This document shows, piece after piece, positions 47,661 through 56,920 of a stretch of DNA of 64,000 bases (positions are counted from its first letter, which is position 1; every line of letters begins with the position of its first letter). The translations under genes were made by a program, and so were the position numbers. The DNA is taken from NCBI GenBank assembly GCA_022710645.1, contig JAKLGL010000001.1, forward strand, positions 20,614 through 84,613, in the 5' to 3' direction. The DNA is from Patescibacteria group bacterium (GTDB lineage: Bacteria > Patescibacteriota > Patescibacteriia > Magasanikbacterales > GWA2-37-8). The notes below the pieces were generated by a model that did no database searches, had not been told where the DNA came from, and saw only the letters and a list, made by a program, of their open reading frames with translations.

Positions 47661-50069
47661 ATGACTGGAGAAAAATTCAATAAAACAATTATGAAACTAT
47701 TACGTATTATAGTCTTTTTTGCTTATATTTTTGGTCTTCTTTTACCGGGACTTTCTTTAGCGCAAGCCGATTTCAATCCAAATCTCATCATTACCGACGA
47801 AGAAATGCAGATGTGTTCGGCTTTAGGTGTAAATGAGATTCAGAAATTCCTGGAAGCCAAGGGTAGTTATCTGTCAACTTACTCGGCTTTAGATATAGAT
47901 AATGCTTATAAATCCGCCGCGCAAATAATTTACGAAGCTGCTCAACGAAATAAGATAAATCCCAAATTTCTTTTGGTAACTTTGCAAAAAGAACAAAGTT
48001 TGATTACCGATGATTCCCCTACTCAAAAACAACTTGATTGGGCGACCGGGTATGCTGTTTGCGATTCTTGTTCCATGAATGATCCGAAAATTCAAAAACA
48101 TAAAGGATTTGCCAATCAGGTTGACAATGCAGCCGGTATAATTCGTTGGTATTATGAAAACACCAATAACGGTATTGTCAAAAAAATAAATTCTCCGGTA
48201 TTTATAGACAATCAACAAGTCGTACCTCAAAGTTGGGCGACCGCTTTTCTTTATACTTATACCCCTCATCTTCACGGCAATAAAAATTTCTGGCGTATTT
48301 GGAATACTTGGTTTGCCGGTGTTTATCCCAATGGTACTATTTTATTATCAGCTTCTTCTTCGCAATATTATTTAGTATCCGATGGTAAAAAAAGACTGTT
48401 TAAAAACAAAAATGTATTAATTTCCAGAATTGACCCTAGTCTGGCGGTCGTTATTTCCGATATTGATTTGAATAATTATTCCGACGGTACACCGATATCT
48501 TATCCAAACTATTCCATACTGAAAACCGAATCCGGTTATTATTTATTGGACTATGATACCCTGCGTCCTTTTGCGGATGAACAAACGGTTAAAAAATTAG
48601 GTTATAATCCTCAAGAAATATTGGAAGCCTCGGATGCCGATTTTGTCGGTTATGAAATAGGTCAAACCATAACCGCATCGACCACAAACCCTCAAGGTAT
48701 AATCTACAAAATTACCGATGCGCAGAATGCTCATTTTTTATTGAAAGACGGCACTTTATTTCCTCTTCTTTCCGCCGAAGTGGCCAAAACAAACTTTCCC
48801 GGATTATCAATTGAAAATCACCTGAAAAAAGAAATTCTTAAATATCCTATTTCGGATAAACTTATCACTTTTACAGATGGGACTTTACTCAAAATGAAGG
48901 ATAGTAAAACTTTATATGTAGTTGATAAAAATAAAAAAAGAAAAATCAGCGACGAAGAAACTTTTTCCGCCATGGGTTATAATGTAAAAAATTTAATAAC
49001 TGTAGAACTTTCCACGCTTTTGGCTATGGCTGAAGGAGAACCTCTGTACGTGAACAACAGTTTGGCCTCTTCACAAAATAAATTTTTAGGTGATAGCGAA
49101 GTACCGGTCGAAGACCTGTATAGAAGCAATCTCCCTTCTTATTTAGTCGCCGAATATCCGAGTGGACGTATCATTTCCGGTAAAAATATTGATACGCAAA
49201 GACCCATAGCTTCATTAACTAAAATCATAACGGCTTATGAAGCTTTGTCATCTGATTTTAATTTGACAAAAACTTCAATATTTAACAGCAAAACACAGAC
49301 AGCCGAAGGAAATCCTTTGAAATTAACCAATGGCGATAAAATTAAAAATAAAGATTTACTTTATGGCATGCTTGTCGGTTCGGCCAATAATGCTTCCAGA
49401 ATGATTGCTCAAAACAGCGGGGTCGCTGAAAATGTTTTCATACAAAACATGAACGCGCGATTGCAAAATTGGGGCGCTGACAATACAACTTTAAACGACA
49501 CTTCCGGATTAAGTGAAAAAAACGTTTCCACCGCCCGCGATCTTTTGAAAATTTTCACCAAAGTTTTGGATAAAAAAGAAATCAAAGAAGCTCTAAGTTT
49601 AAAAACTTACAAATTTTCCAAAACTTCCGGTAAAACGACTAATTATTTAACCTTATCCAACACTAATAAACTTTTGGATTCAACGAAAAATTTATACAAA
49701 ATCACTGCCAGTAAAACCGGTTATACGCAAGAAGCAGGATCGACTTTAATCATGCTTATCGAGGCGCCAAGTAAAGATAAAATAAGTTTATTGTCTGAAA
49801 AATTAAAGTTCGGAGAACGAAGTTCCAAAGTGAAAGAACTACAAGGACTACTTCGTACAGCCGGATTTTTTAAGCACCCCTCCGATTCCGGTTATTATGG
49901 CACAGTTACCAAAGAAGCTTTGGATAAATATTTAAAATCTTTGAATAAAAAACAATTTATAGTAATCACGTTGGGAAATCCGGATTATAACAACCGGTTT
50001 GTCGAACCTGACAAAATTGCTCAATGGGCGGCGGCTGAAAAATACGCTCAACTCGCCTCTCAAAAATAA
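47661..50069 (+). CDS. secreted protein with an S11 D-Ala-D-Ala carboxypeptidase (PBP5-like) domain, a C-terminal peptidoglycan-binding domain and a large uncharacterised N-terminal region
   Basis: Signal peptide. 'ASLTKIITAYEAL' (SxxK), 'SANNAS' and 'SKTGYT' (KTG). C-terminal 'VKELQGLLRTAGFF...GYYGTVTKEALDKYL' is PG_binding_1-like. The first ~450 aa are unassigned. Confidence 0.6.
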   Translation: MTGEKFNKTIMKLLRIIVFFAYIFGLLLPGLSLAQADFNPNLIITDEEMQMCSALGVNEIQKFLEAKGSYLSTYSALDIDNAYKSAAQIIYEAAQRNKINPKFLLVTLQKEQSLITDDSPTQKQLDWATGYAVCDSCSMNDPKIQKHKGFANQVDNAAGIIRWYYENTNNGIVKKINSPVFIDNQQVVPQSWATAFLYTYTPHLHGNKNFWRIWNTWFAGVYPNGTILLSASSSQYYLVSDGKKRLFKNKNVLISRIDPSLAVVISDIDLNNYSDGTPISYPNYSILKTESGYYLLDYDTLRPFADEQTVKKLGYNPQEILEASDADFVGYEIGQTITASTTNPQGIIYKITDAQNAHFLLKDGTLFPLLSAEVAKTNFPGLSIENHLKKEILKYPISDKLITFTDGTLLKMKDSKTLYVVDKNKKRKISDEETFSAMGYNVKNLITVELSTLLAMAEGEPLYVNNSLASSQNKFLGDSEVPVEDLYRSNLPSYLVAEYPSGRIISGKNIDTQRPIASLTKIITAYEALSSDFNLTKTSIFNSKTQTAEGNPLKLTNGDKIKNKDLLYGMLVGSANNASRMIAQNSGVAENVFIQNMNARLQNWGADNTTLNDTSGLSEKNVSTARDLLKIFTKVLDKKEIKEALSLKTYKFSKTSGKTTNYLTLSNTNKLLDSTKNLYKITASKTGYTQEAGSTLIMLIEAPSKDKISLLSEKLKFGERSSKVKELQGLLRTAGFFKHPSDSGYYGTVTKEALDKYLKSLNKKQFIVITLGNPDYNNRFVEPDKIAQWAAAEKYAQLASQK

Positions 50070-50078
50070 TTTTACATT

Positions 50079-50870
50079 ATGTCTTTAGTTTTTGCCGGCA
50101 TTACGCCTCATCCGCCAATGCTTTTACCCACCATAGGAAAAGATGAAACGAAAAAAATAGATAAAACCAAAAAAGCTTTTTCCGTCATGGAACAAAGATT
50201 GTACGCTTCACACCCCGATGTGATTATCATTATTTCCCCTCACGGAAGTTATTTTGTAGATGCTTTTACGGTAAATTCTTGTCCTGAATACGAAACCGAT
50301 TTCAAAGAGTTCGGGGATATTTCAACCAAAATAAAATTCAAAGGAGAAACATCTTTGGCTTACAAAATACGCAAAGCTGCGTTTTCTCAAAATTTACCGA
50401 CCGCAACCATCAGTGAATTCAAATTGGATCACGGTAGCGGCGTGCCGCTTTATTTTCTAACCTCTCACTTAAAAAACTTCAGCTTGCTACAATTGGGATT
50501 CTGCGATCTATCCCACAAAAATCATGTGGAATTTGGAAATGTACTACAAGAATTGATCCTAAGTAGCAACAAAAGGATCGCTGTGATAGCTTCCGGAGAC
50601 ATGTCTCACTCTCTAACTTCCGATTCTCCGGCCGGTTTTTCTCCGGAAGGAAAGAAATTTGATGCAAAAATACAAGAACTGCTTTCTCAACAAAGCATTT
50701 CTGGGTTTTTGCAACTTTCGCCTGATTTTATCAATGCCGCAGCCGAATGCGGTTTACGCTCTCTGCTTATATTATTGGGTATTATTCAGGGTGTCAGATG
50801 TTCATATCACCAACTCAATTACGAAGCGCCTTTCGGTGTCGGTTATCTGACGGCTTTTTACGAATTTTAA
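50079..50870 (+). CDS. Memo-like / LigB-superfamily (class III extradiol dioxygenase fold) protein
   Basis: 'IIISPHGSY' and 'ASGDMSHSL' resemble the MEMO1 'GPSHH' and 'SSDFSHYG' motifs. The assignment is tentative. Confidence 0.45.
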   Translation: MSLVFAGITPHPPMLLPTIGKDETKKIDKTKKAFSVMEQRLYASHPDVIIIISPHGSYFVDAFTVNSCPEYETDFKEFGDISTKIKFKGETSLAYKIRKAAFSQNLPTATISEFKLDHGSGVPLYFLTSHLKNFSLLQLGFCDLSHKNHVEFGNVLQELILSSNKRIAVIASGDMSHSLTSDSPAGFSPEGKKFDAKIQELLSQQSISGFLQLSPDFINAAAECGLRSLLILLGIIQGVRCSYHQLNYEAPFGVGYLTAFYEF

Positions 50871-50876
50871 AAAAAT

Positions 50877-52745
50877 ATGAGGGCTCAAATCATACTCTTT
50901 CGGAGGATGCCGCCAAAAATCTCCCATTTTGATTATTTGGTCCCGGAAAATTTAAAAAAAGAAATTAAAGTCGGACAATTGGTGGAAGTTCCCTTTCGCT
51001 CCGGTAACGAATACGGCTTGGTCCATTCGTTGGATCAAAAAACACTTCTGAATTCCAAAACAAAATTACGCTATTTAAATCGCATTTGTTTTTCGAATTG
51101 TTTTTTACCCGACAACACATCATATTTTTTTAAAGAAATTTCCGAATTTTACGGTACTGATTTGGGTTTTATTTATAAATTCAGCTTGCCAAAATTCACC
51201 AAAAAATTTATTGCAAGTTTAACTTCTGCGGATTTTCCTTTGGAAAAAACAAAAAGAGAAACCGAAAAACCGCAAACGATTGTTTTACAAAATGAAAAAC
51301 ACAAAGATGACTTTTTAAACAAAATATTATCAAATTCCGCACAACATCTTATTTTAGTTCCGGAAAAATCCGATATTGCTCCGCTTTATGAAAATTTAAA
51401 AAAAGTTTTTCCGATAGAAATTCTTTCCAGCGAAATTACGGATAAAAACACAACCGCGCTCTGGCGAAAAATAAGACACGGTGAAAATATCGTAATCATA
51501 GGTACGCGCAAAGCTTTGTTTTTACCTTGGACAAATTTAAAAACAATCACCATTATTGATGAAGGTAATGAAAATTACAAATCTTTTGATATGGCTCCGC
51601 GTTATCACACTCGAGACGCCGCTCTGCTACTCTCCTCTTTTTGCAAATGCGCAGTTTATCTCGTTTCTCACACGCCTTCCGTATCTTCTTTTTATTTCAG
51701 TAAACAAAAAATATACAACATTGTCGGAGAACCGACCAAAATAAAAAATTCTTTTAAAATTATAGACCTTAATTTGGAAAAACGCGCCAAAAACTATTCT
51801 CCTTTGAGTTTTGAATTATCCGAAGAACTAAAAGGTTTACAAAGAAACGAATCGGCTTTTTTATTTTTAAACAAAAAAGGAAGCGCCGGTTATTTATTTT
51901 GCGGAGATTGTAAAAAGCCTTTTGTGTGTTCTACTTGCGGGCGGCCACTGTCTTATTTTGCCTCCAAAAAAGAATTACGTTGTAATTTTTGCGAAACCGT
52001 TCAACCTCTTTTTGATTCCTGTCCCAATTGTCAAAGTTTAAATATGAAAATGCGCAACCCTGGCACTGAAAGTGTGGAAAAAGAATTGCGCAAAGAAAAG
52101 GCACTACAACATTTTCAAATAGTTCGTCTTGATTCTGAAAATGAAGAAAATTATTCTTTCGTACGAAAACCCGGTACTATCTATATAGGAACAGAGATGG
52201 CTTGGGGACTGATACCTTGGAGAGAAATTAAGCTCGTAGGTTTTCTTAACACCGATTCTTCTCTTGTTTCTTCCGAATACAAAAATTTGGAGCATTTATG
52301 GCAAAAAATACGGGATTCTTTTTATAAAAGCGACATTGAAACAAAAATTATTTTACAAACATCACACCCCGATCATTATCTGTTTTCAGCTTTAAACGAA
52401 CCAAATATTTTTTACGAAAATCAATTAAAAGAAAGATCTTTATTTCAATATCCACCCTTCAATTTTTGGCTAAAAATAGCTATTTTGTCTCCAAACGCAA
52501 ATTCCGCCATAAGAGAAGCTACAGACTTGAAAAATCGTCTTTCATCCTTGACAAACAGCTTAAAAAACGCTAAGATAAGCGGTCCTCATCAAGCAACTCC
52601 TTTTTTACAAAAAGGAAAATACCGTTATATTTTACTTATACGTCTCGGATATGAAAATTATCGTTCTTCGGTCAAAGAAATAAACAAACTTATTCCAAAT
52701 AATTGGAAGATTGATCCAAACCCAAATACACTACTTTCCGTATAA
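50877..52745 (+). CDS. priA: primosomal protein N' (PriA)-like, lacking Walker A and DExH helicase motifs
   Basis: PriA 3'-DNA-binding N-domain. The segment 'LILVPE...IVIIGTRKALFLP...IIDEGNENYKSFD..PRYHTRDAA' is colinear with PriA helicase domain 1, but GxGKT is absent and DEEH is DEGN. A 4xCys zinc-binding region follows (CGDC...CSTC...CNFC...CPNC). Confidence 0.65.
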   Translation: MRAQIILFRRMPPKISHFDYLVPENLKKEIKVGQLVEVPFRSGNEYGLVHSLDQKTLLNSKTKLRYLNRICFSNCFLPDNTSYFFKEISEFYGTDLGFIYKFSLPKFTKKFIASLTSADFPLEKTKRETEKPQTIVLQNEKHKDDFLNKILSNSAQHLILVPEKSDIAPLYENLKKVFPIEILSSEITDKNTTALWRKIRHGENIVIIGTRKALFLPWTNLKTITIIDEGNENYKSFDMAPRYHTRDAALLLSSFCKCAVYLVSHTPSVSSFYFSKQKIYNIVGEPTKIKNSFKIIDLNLEKRAKNYSPLSFELSEELKGLQRNESAFLFLNKKGSAGYLFCGDCKKPFVCSTCGRPLSYFASKKELRCNFCETVQPLFDSCPNCQSLNMKMRNPGTESVEKELRKEKALQHFQIVRLDSENEENYSFVRKPGTIYIGTEMAWGLIPWREIKLVGFLNTDSSLVSSEYKNLEHLWQKIRDSFYKSDIETKIILQTSHPDHYLFSALNEPNIFYENQLKERSLFQYPPFNFWLKIAILSPNANSAIREATDLKNRLSSLTNSLKNAKISGPHQATPFLQKGKYRYILLIRLGYENYRSSVKEINKLIPNNWKIDPNPNTLLSV

Positions 52746-52748
52746 AAT

Positions 52749-53201
52749 ATGTCAACAAATTACGATAATTATCAAATTTCATTAAAACTTATTCTTCAAA
52801 ATAAAGAGAATAAATTTTTATTGTTAAAAGTTGAGGACGGAGGCGGATATCACGGATATTATGATTTTCCCGGAGGCAGAATTAACGAGGAAGAATTTAC
52901 TGTCGGACTATCTGAAATTTTAAAACGTGAAACAAGTGAAGAAATAGGAACTACGATAAAATACGAATTAATATCCAAAACACCGATTGCTTATGGAAGA
53001 CACAAATGGTTTTCAAAAAGACAAAATAAATTAGCAAATTGTTTTTATCTCGTCTTTGAAGGAAAACTCTTGGAAGGAGATGTAAAAATAAGCAACGAAC
53101 ATGCTTCATACGTTTGGATGTCTTATGAAGATATAAAAAATAATTTAGAAACATTATTTGTTTCAGGAATTTTAGAATGCGCTAAAATGTATTTTAAATA
53201 A
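52749..53201 (+). CDS. NUDIX hydrolase
   Basis: Nudix box 'GGRINEEEFTVGLSEILKRETSEEIGT'. Confidence 0.7.
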   Translation: MSTNYDNYQISLKLILQNKENKFLLLKVEDGGGYHGYYDFPGGRINEEEFTVGLSEILKRETSEEIGTTIKYELISKTPIAYGRHKWFSKRQNKLANCFYLVFEGKLLEGDVKISNEHASYVWMSYEDIKNNLETLFVSGILECAKMYFK

Positions 53202-53202
53202 T

Positions 53203-53691
53203 ATGTTATTACAAATATTGACGGAACCGAATAAAATCTTGCGTCAAGTCGGAAAAAAATTGACGTTAGAAGAAATCGGTTCCAAAAAGTTCAAAAAATT
53301 CATCAAAGATTTAACCGAGACCATGTATATTCGCGACGGTGTCGGTATTGCCGCTCCACAAGTCGGAGAATCGGTTATGTTTTGCGTTATTGCCAAAGAT
53401 TTTACTCCGACCAAAGAGAAAGATTTGATTTTGATAAATCCTGTTTGGGAGAAAAAAAGCATAACCAAGCTAATTGATGAAGAAGGTTGTTTATCCGTAC
53501 CCGGAATTTACGGGTTGGTAAAACGTTATAAAAAAATAAAAGTTAAAGCACTCGATGAAAACGGTAAAGAAATTTGTTTTGAGGCTGAAAACTTCCCCGC
53601 TCGCGTTATACAACATGAAATCGACCACCTTAACGGAATTTTATTTATAGATAAGGCCACAAAATTAAGACAAGCGGAAAAAACGCTTTAA
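53203..53691 (+). CDS. def: peptide deformylase
   Basis: 'GVGIAAPQVG', 'EGCLSVPG' and 'QHEIDHLNG' are the three Def motifs. Confidence 0.9.
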   Translation: MLLQILTEPNKILRQVGKKLTLEEIGSKKFKKFIKDLTETMYIRDGVGIAAPQVGESVMFCVIAKDFTPTKEKDLILINPVWEKKSITKLIDEEGCLSVPGIYGLVKRYKKIKVKALDENGKEICFEAENFPARVIQHEIDHLNGILFIDKATKLRQAEKTL

Positions 53692-53722
53692 TAAAATTGA
53701 AAAGATTACAAAAATTACAGAG

Positions 53723-53742
53723 CCTACCTGCCGGTAGGCAGG
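53723..53742. repeat. 20-bp palindromic module cctacctgccggtaggcagg (second copy)
   Basis: Identical to 20175-20194. It lies 25 bp upstream of repeat copy D. Confidence 0.55.
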
Positions 53743-53765
53743 ATTTCAAAGATTATTACATTTAT

Positions 53766-53845
53766 TATCATCCTGAGTCGTAGACGAAGGATCTGCAAAA
53801 AGCAATAATGCTACTTACAGATTCTTCACTTTGTTCAGAATGACA
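53766..53845. repeat. Dispersed imperfect-palindrome repeat, copy D (between def and fmt)
   Basis: Arms atcatcctgagtcgtagacgaaggatctg and cagattcttcactttgttcagaatgaca, the same family as 17433 and 20121. Confidence 0.6.
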
Positions 53846-53857
53846 ACCAAAATATAT

Positions 53858-54751
53858 ATGACAAAAATAGTTTTCTTCGGAACACAGGAATTTGCCAAAG
53901 GAATATTGGAATCATTATTGAACGATTCTGATTTTGAAGTTGTTGGCGTATTTACTCAACCTGATAAACCGGTCGGACGTAAACAAGAAATACAGATGTC
54001 ACCGGTAAAAATTTTAGCCTTGGAAAAAAACATTCCTATTTTTCAACCTGAGAGTTTAAAAAATTATGAAATGCCAAATTTGGGTGCGGATTTAAATATT
54101 GTTTGCCAATATGGTTTGATAATTCCACAAACAGTTTTGGACTCAGCAAAACACGGAAGTATAAATATTCACACATCATTACTTCCAAAATATCGTGGCG
54201 CCTCCCCTATCCAATCCGCTATTTTAAATGGTGAGAAAGAAACCGGCACAACCATCATGCTCATGGACAGTAAAATGGATCACGGTCCGATTTTGATGCA
54301 AGAAAAAATTACTATTGATCCGGATGATACTTATTTGACATTAAGCGACAAAATGTTGCCAACAGCTTCAACTTTGCTTTTAAATACTATCAAAGATTAT
54401 TTGAAAGGAATTGTAAAACCTCAAGAACAAGATCATGACAAAGCTATACTTTGCAAAATGTTTACACGTGAAGATGGAAAAATAGATTTCAATAAATCGG
54501 CACAAGAAATTTACAACCAATTCCGCGGATTTTATGTCTGGCCCGGAGTGTTTACTTTTTTTGGAGATAAAAGGGTAAAACTTTTGAATATCAAACCAGT
54601 TGAAAAAAAATCAGAACCGGGAAAATTCATTACTGAAAACGGAAGATTATTTATCGGATGTGCAGACGGAGCGATAGAAATTTTCAAACTTCAACCTGAA
54701 GGCAAAAATCCCATGACTGCCGAGGCGTTTGTGAATGGATACATTAAATAA
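53858..54751 (+). CDS. fmt: methionyl-tRNA formyltransferase
   Basis: N-terminal 'IVFFGTQEFA' and 'HTSLLPKYRGASPIQSAILNGEKETGTTIM' formyltransferase core. It follows def. Confidence 0.85.
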   Translation: MTKIVFFGTQEFAKGILESLLNDSDFEVVGVFTQPDKPVGRKQEIQMSPVKILALEKNIPIFQPESLKNYEMPNLGADLNIVCQYGLIIPQTVLDSAKHGSINIHTSLLPKYRGASPIQSAILNGEKETGTTIMLMDSKMDHGPILMQEKITIDPDDTYLTLSDKMLPTASTLLLNTIKDYLKGIVKPQEQDHDKAILCKMFTREDGKIDFNKSAQEIYNQFRGFYVWPGVFTFFGDKRVKLLNIKPVEKKSEPGKFITENGRLFIGCADGAIEIFKLQPEGKNPMTAEAFVNGYIK

Positions 54752-54856
54752 TTTTCAATTTAAAATTTACAATTTTTAATAAATTTTCAATTATCCAATT
54801 ATCAATTGTAAATTGAAACATTGTAAATTCAATGAAAATTAAAAATTAAAAATTTC

Positions 54857-56221
54857 ATGTTTTCTTCTTACCCCACATATTTACTCTTACTCGACTACGC
54901 ATTACTGCGTATTTTTTCCTTTTATTTTCAACCAGGTTCGTTGTTAAATACTGTTTTGACCATTTTCTTTTTGAGTGTAACTGTCGCTTTACTTATTGCT
55001 CGTCGTAAAGAAGGCTGGTATTTTATCGCATTTGAAATTATTTTAGGTGGAGCTGGAGGGTTTTTATCCGCTTTTGGATTATCGCTTCGTACTTTGCTTT
55101 TACTTTCTTCAGCTTTGATTTTTATTACTCAAAAAATAAAAAGTAAAAAAATACTTCCTTTGCTAAAAGAAAATAAAATTATCAATATAATTTTTGGTCT
55201 ATTACTTCTTTTTGCCGGTATTTCTGCTCTTGTCGGATTTAAAAACGGCCATAGTTTGAATTTGATTTTTGCCGATGCTCTTCCCTATTTTTTTATTTTT
55301 TATTATTTCCCGCTCAAAGATCTTTTATTGGATTCAGAATTTGCACCTTTTGCCAAAAAAATGATTTTGACCGCAATTATCGGCAACGCGCTTTTCATCT
55401 TAATAACTTTTATCGGTTATTCCTCCGGATCTTTGGTAATGTTTGATCCATATTACCATTGGTATCGCGATATCGCTCTTGGAAAAATCACCGAGATGGG
55501 CGGAAATTTCTTTCGCCTGGTTCTCAACGAACAATTACTTCTCGCGCCAGTTTTGCTTTATTGGCTTTATAAAACCATCAAAGAAAAAATCACTTGGCAA
55601 AATATTGCCGTATTATCTGCTTTGCTTTTTGTCCTCGGGATAAATTTCACACGTATTTATCATCTGGCTATAATTTTCGGCGCTTTATTTTTAATCACCA
55701 AACTAAATTGGAAAAAAGCTTTTTCTGTATTTTTTATTTCCGCATTTATTTATTTATTTATTTTTTGCAGTACAAATTTAATTATCTCCAGTGGTAAAGA
55801 CACGGGGTTAAATTTACTTCTTGGTCGCGCTCAAAGTGTGATTGATCCAAATTCAGAAAACAGTTCTCTTTCCCGCATAATGTTATTGCCAAAAATTTGG
55901 GAAAAAATAAAAGCTAGTCCAATTATCGGCAACGGTTTGGGTGATACTCTCACGGTTTATTCTCCGGTTTTCAAAAAAGAAATTACTACATCACATTATG
56001 ATTGGGGCTATTTGGAAATTATTGGCGAAACCGGAATTATCGGACTGATTATCTGGCTCGTATTGATTTGGATATTACTCAAACAAACAAAAAACGACAA
56101 ACTTTCTCTGTCGCTTCTAATTTCTCTTTTGATTATCAATATTACCTCCCCGGCTTTGTTTCATGTGATGGGAATGATTCTGATAATTTTTCTTCTAAAC
56201 AAAAAACATCACTTAGATTAA
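54857..56221 (+). CDS. O-antigen ligase/polymerase (Wzy_C)-family polytopic membrane protein
   Basis: About 12 TM helices with a large loop. It heads a glycosyltransferase/flippase cluster. Confidence 0.55.
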   Translation: MFSSYPTYLLLLDYALLRIFSFYFQPGSLLNTVLTIFFLSVTVALLIARRKEGWYFIAFEIILGGAGGFLSAFGLSLRTLLLLSSALIFITQKIKSKKILPLLKENKIINIIFGLLLLFAGISALVGFKNGHSLNLIFADALPYFFIFYYFPLKDLLLDSEFAPFAKKMILTAIIGNALFILITFIGYSSGSLVMFDPYYHWYRDIALGKITEMGGNFFRLVLNEQLLLAPVLLYWLYKTIKEKITWQNIAVLSALLFVLGINFTRIYHLAIIFGALFLITKLNWKKAFSVFFISAFIYLFIFCSTNLIISSGKDTGLNLLLGRAQSVIDPNSENSSLSRIMLLPKIWEKIKASPIIGNGLGDTLTVYSPVFKKEITTSHYDWGYLEIIGETGIIGLIIWLVLIWILLKQTKNDKLSLSLLISLLIINITSPALFHVMGMILIIFLLNKKHHLD

Positions 56222-56917
56222 GTGATGTTTTTTGTAGATAATCTCTTTCGCTTCTTCGTACTTTTTCACTTCTTTGCTTTTCCACGGTAGTTTATAAAAA
56301 AACTTCGGTAACCAAGAACTGATTCCTTTTCGTCCACGGACGATTTTTTTGTACAAAATTTCATTTATCCATTCTCCTTTTTTCCCCGCTAACGCGAGCC
56401 CTAACCAAAAATCCCAATCTTGGAATTTTTTCAAACTCTCATCAAACGGAACAAAATCTTTTCTTCTTATCAAACTGGTAATATCTATAAAATTAAATTT
56501 TTTCAATTTTTCCAGATTAAACGGACAATTTTTAAAAGTCTTCCAGCCGAATTTAAATCCGCTATAAACAAAACTGATTTCCGGCTTTTTTTCCAAAATT
56601 TTCACCATTTTAGCAACCATTGTCGATTCCCCGATAGTATCAGCATCCCAAAAGATAACATACTCTCCGGAAGAGGCCAAAAAACCCTCATTTCTGGCCT
56701 TTGGAGCCCCGAAATTAGCCTGATTGAGTATTTTTACGCTCACCCCGTTTATAACACCAATTTGGACCAATTTTGGTACTATTTCCTCAAACCCATCGGT
56801 ACTACCGTCATTTACAATTATTACTTCCAAAGGACGATAATTTTGCCCCATAATTGACTCTAAAGCCGGGATAATTGTGTGTTTGTGATTAAAGATTGGA
56901 ATTATTACCGAGACCAT
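56213..56917 (-). CDS. family 2 glycosyltransferase
   Basis: 'VSVIIPIFNHKHTI...IIVNDGSTDG' and 'WDADT' (DxD-like). Confidence 0.8.
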   Translation of the reverse strand: MVSVIIPIFNHKHTIIPALESIMGQNYRPLEVIIVNDGSTDGFEEIVPKLVQIGVINGVSVKILNQANFGAPKARNEGFLASSGEYVIFWDADTIGESTMVAKMVKILEKKPEISFVYSGFKFGWKTFKNCPFNLEKLKKFNFIDITSLIRRKDFVPFDESLKKFQDWDFWLGLALAGKKGEWINEILYKKIVRGRKGISSWLPKFFYKLPWKSKEVKKYEEAKEIIYKKHHLI

Positions 56918-56920
56918 AAA

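Noticed and set aside
42403-50870. An AmmeMemoRadiSam operon
   Set aside because: The AMMECR1 and Memo-like genes are 7 kb apart on opposite strands and no radical-SAM gene is present in the window. I kept this only as a low-interest note.
15646-53845. Possibility that the hairpin repeats form a CRISPR array
   Set aside because: The copies are tens of kilobases apart, are not regularly spaced, are imperfect palindromes of about 80-100 bp, and no cas genes are present. They are dispersed MITE/REP-like elements instead.
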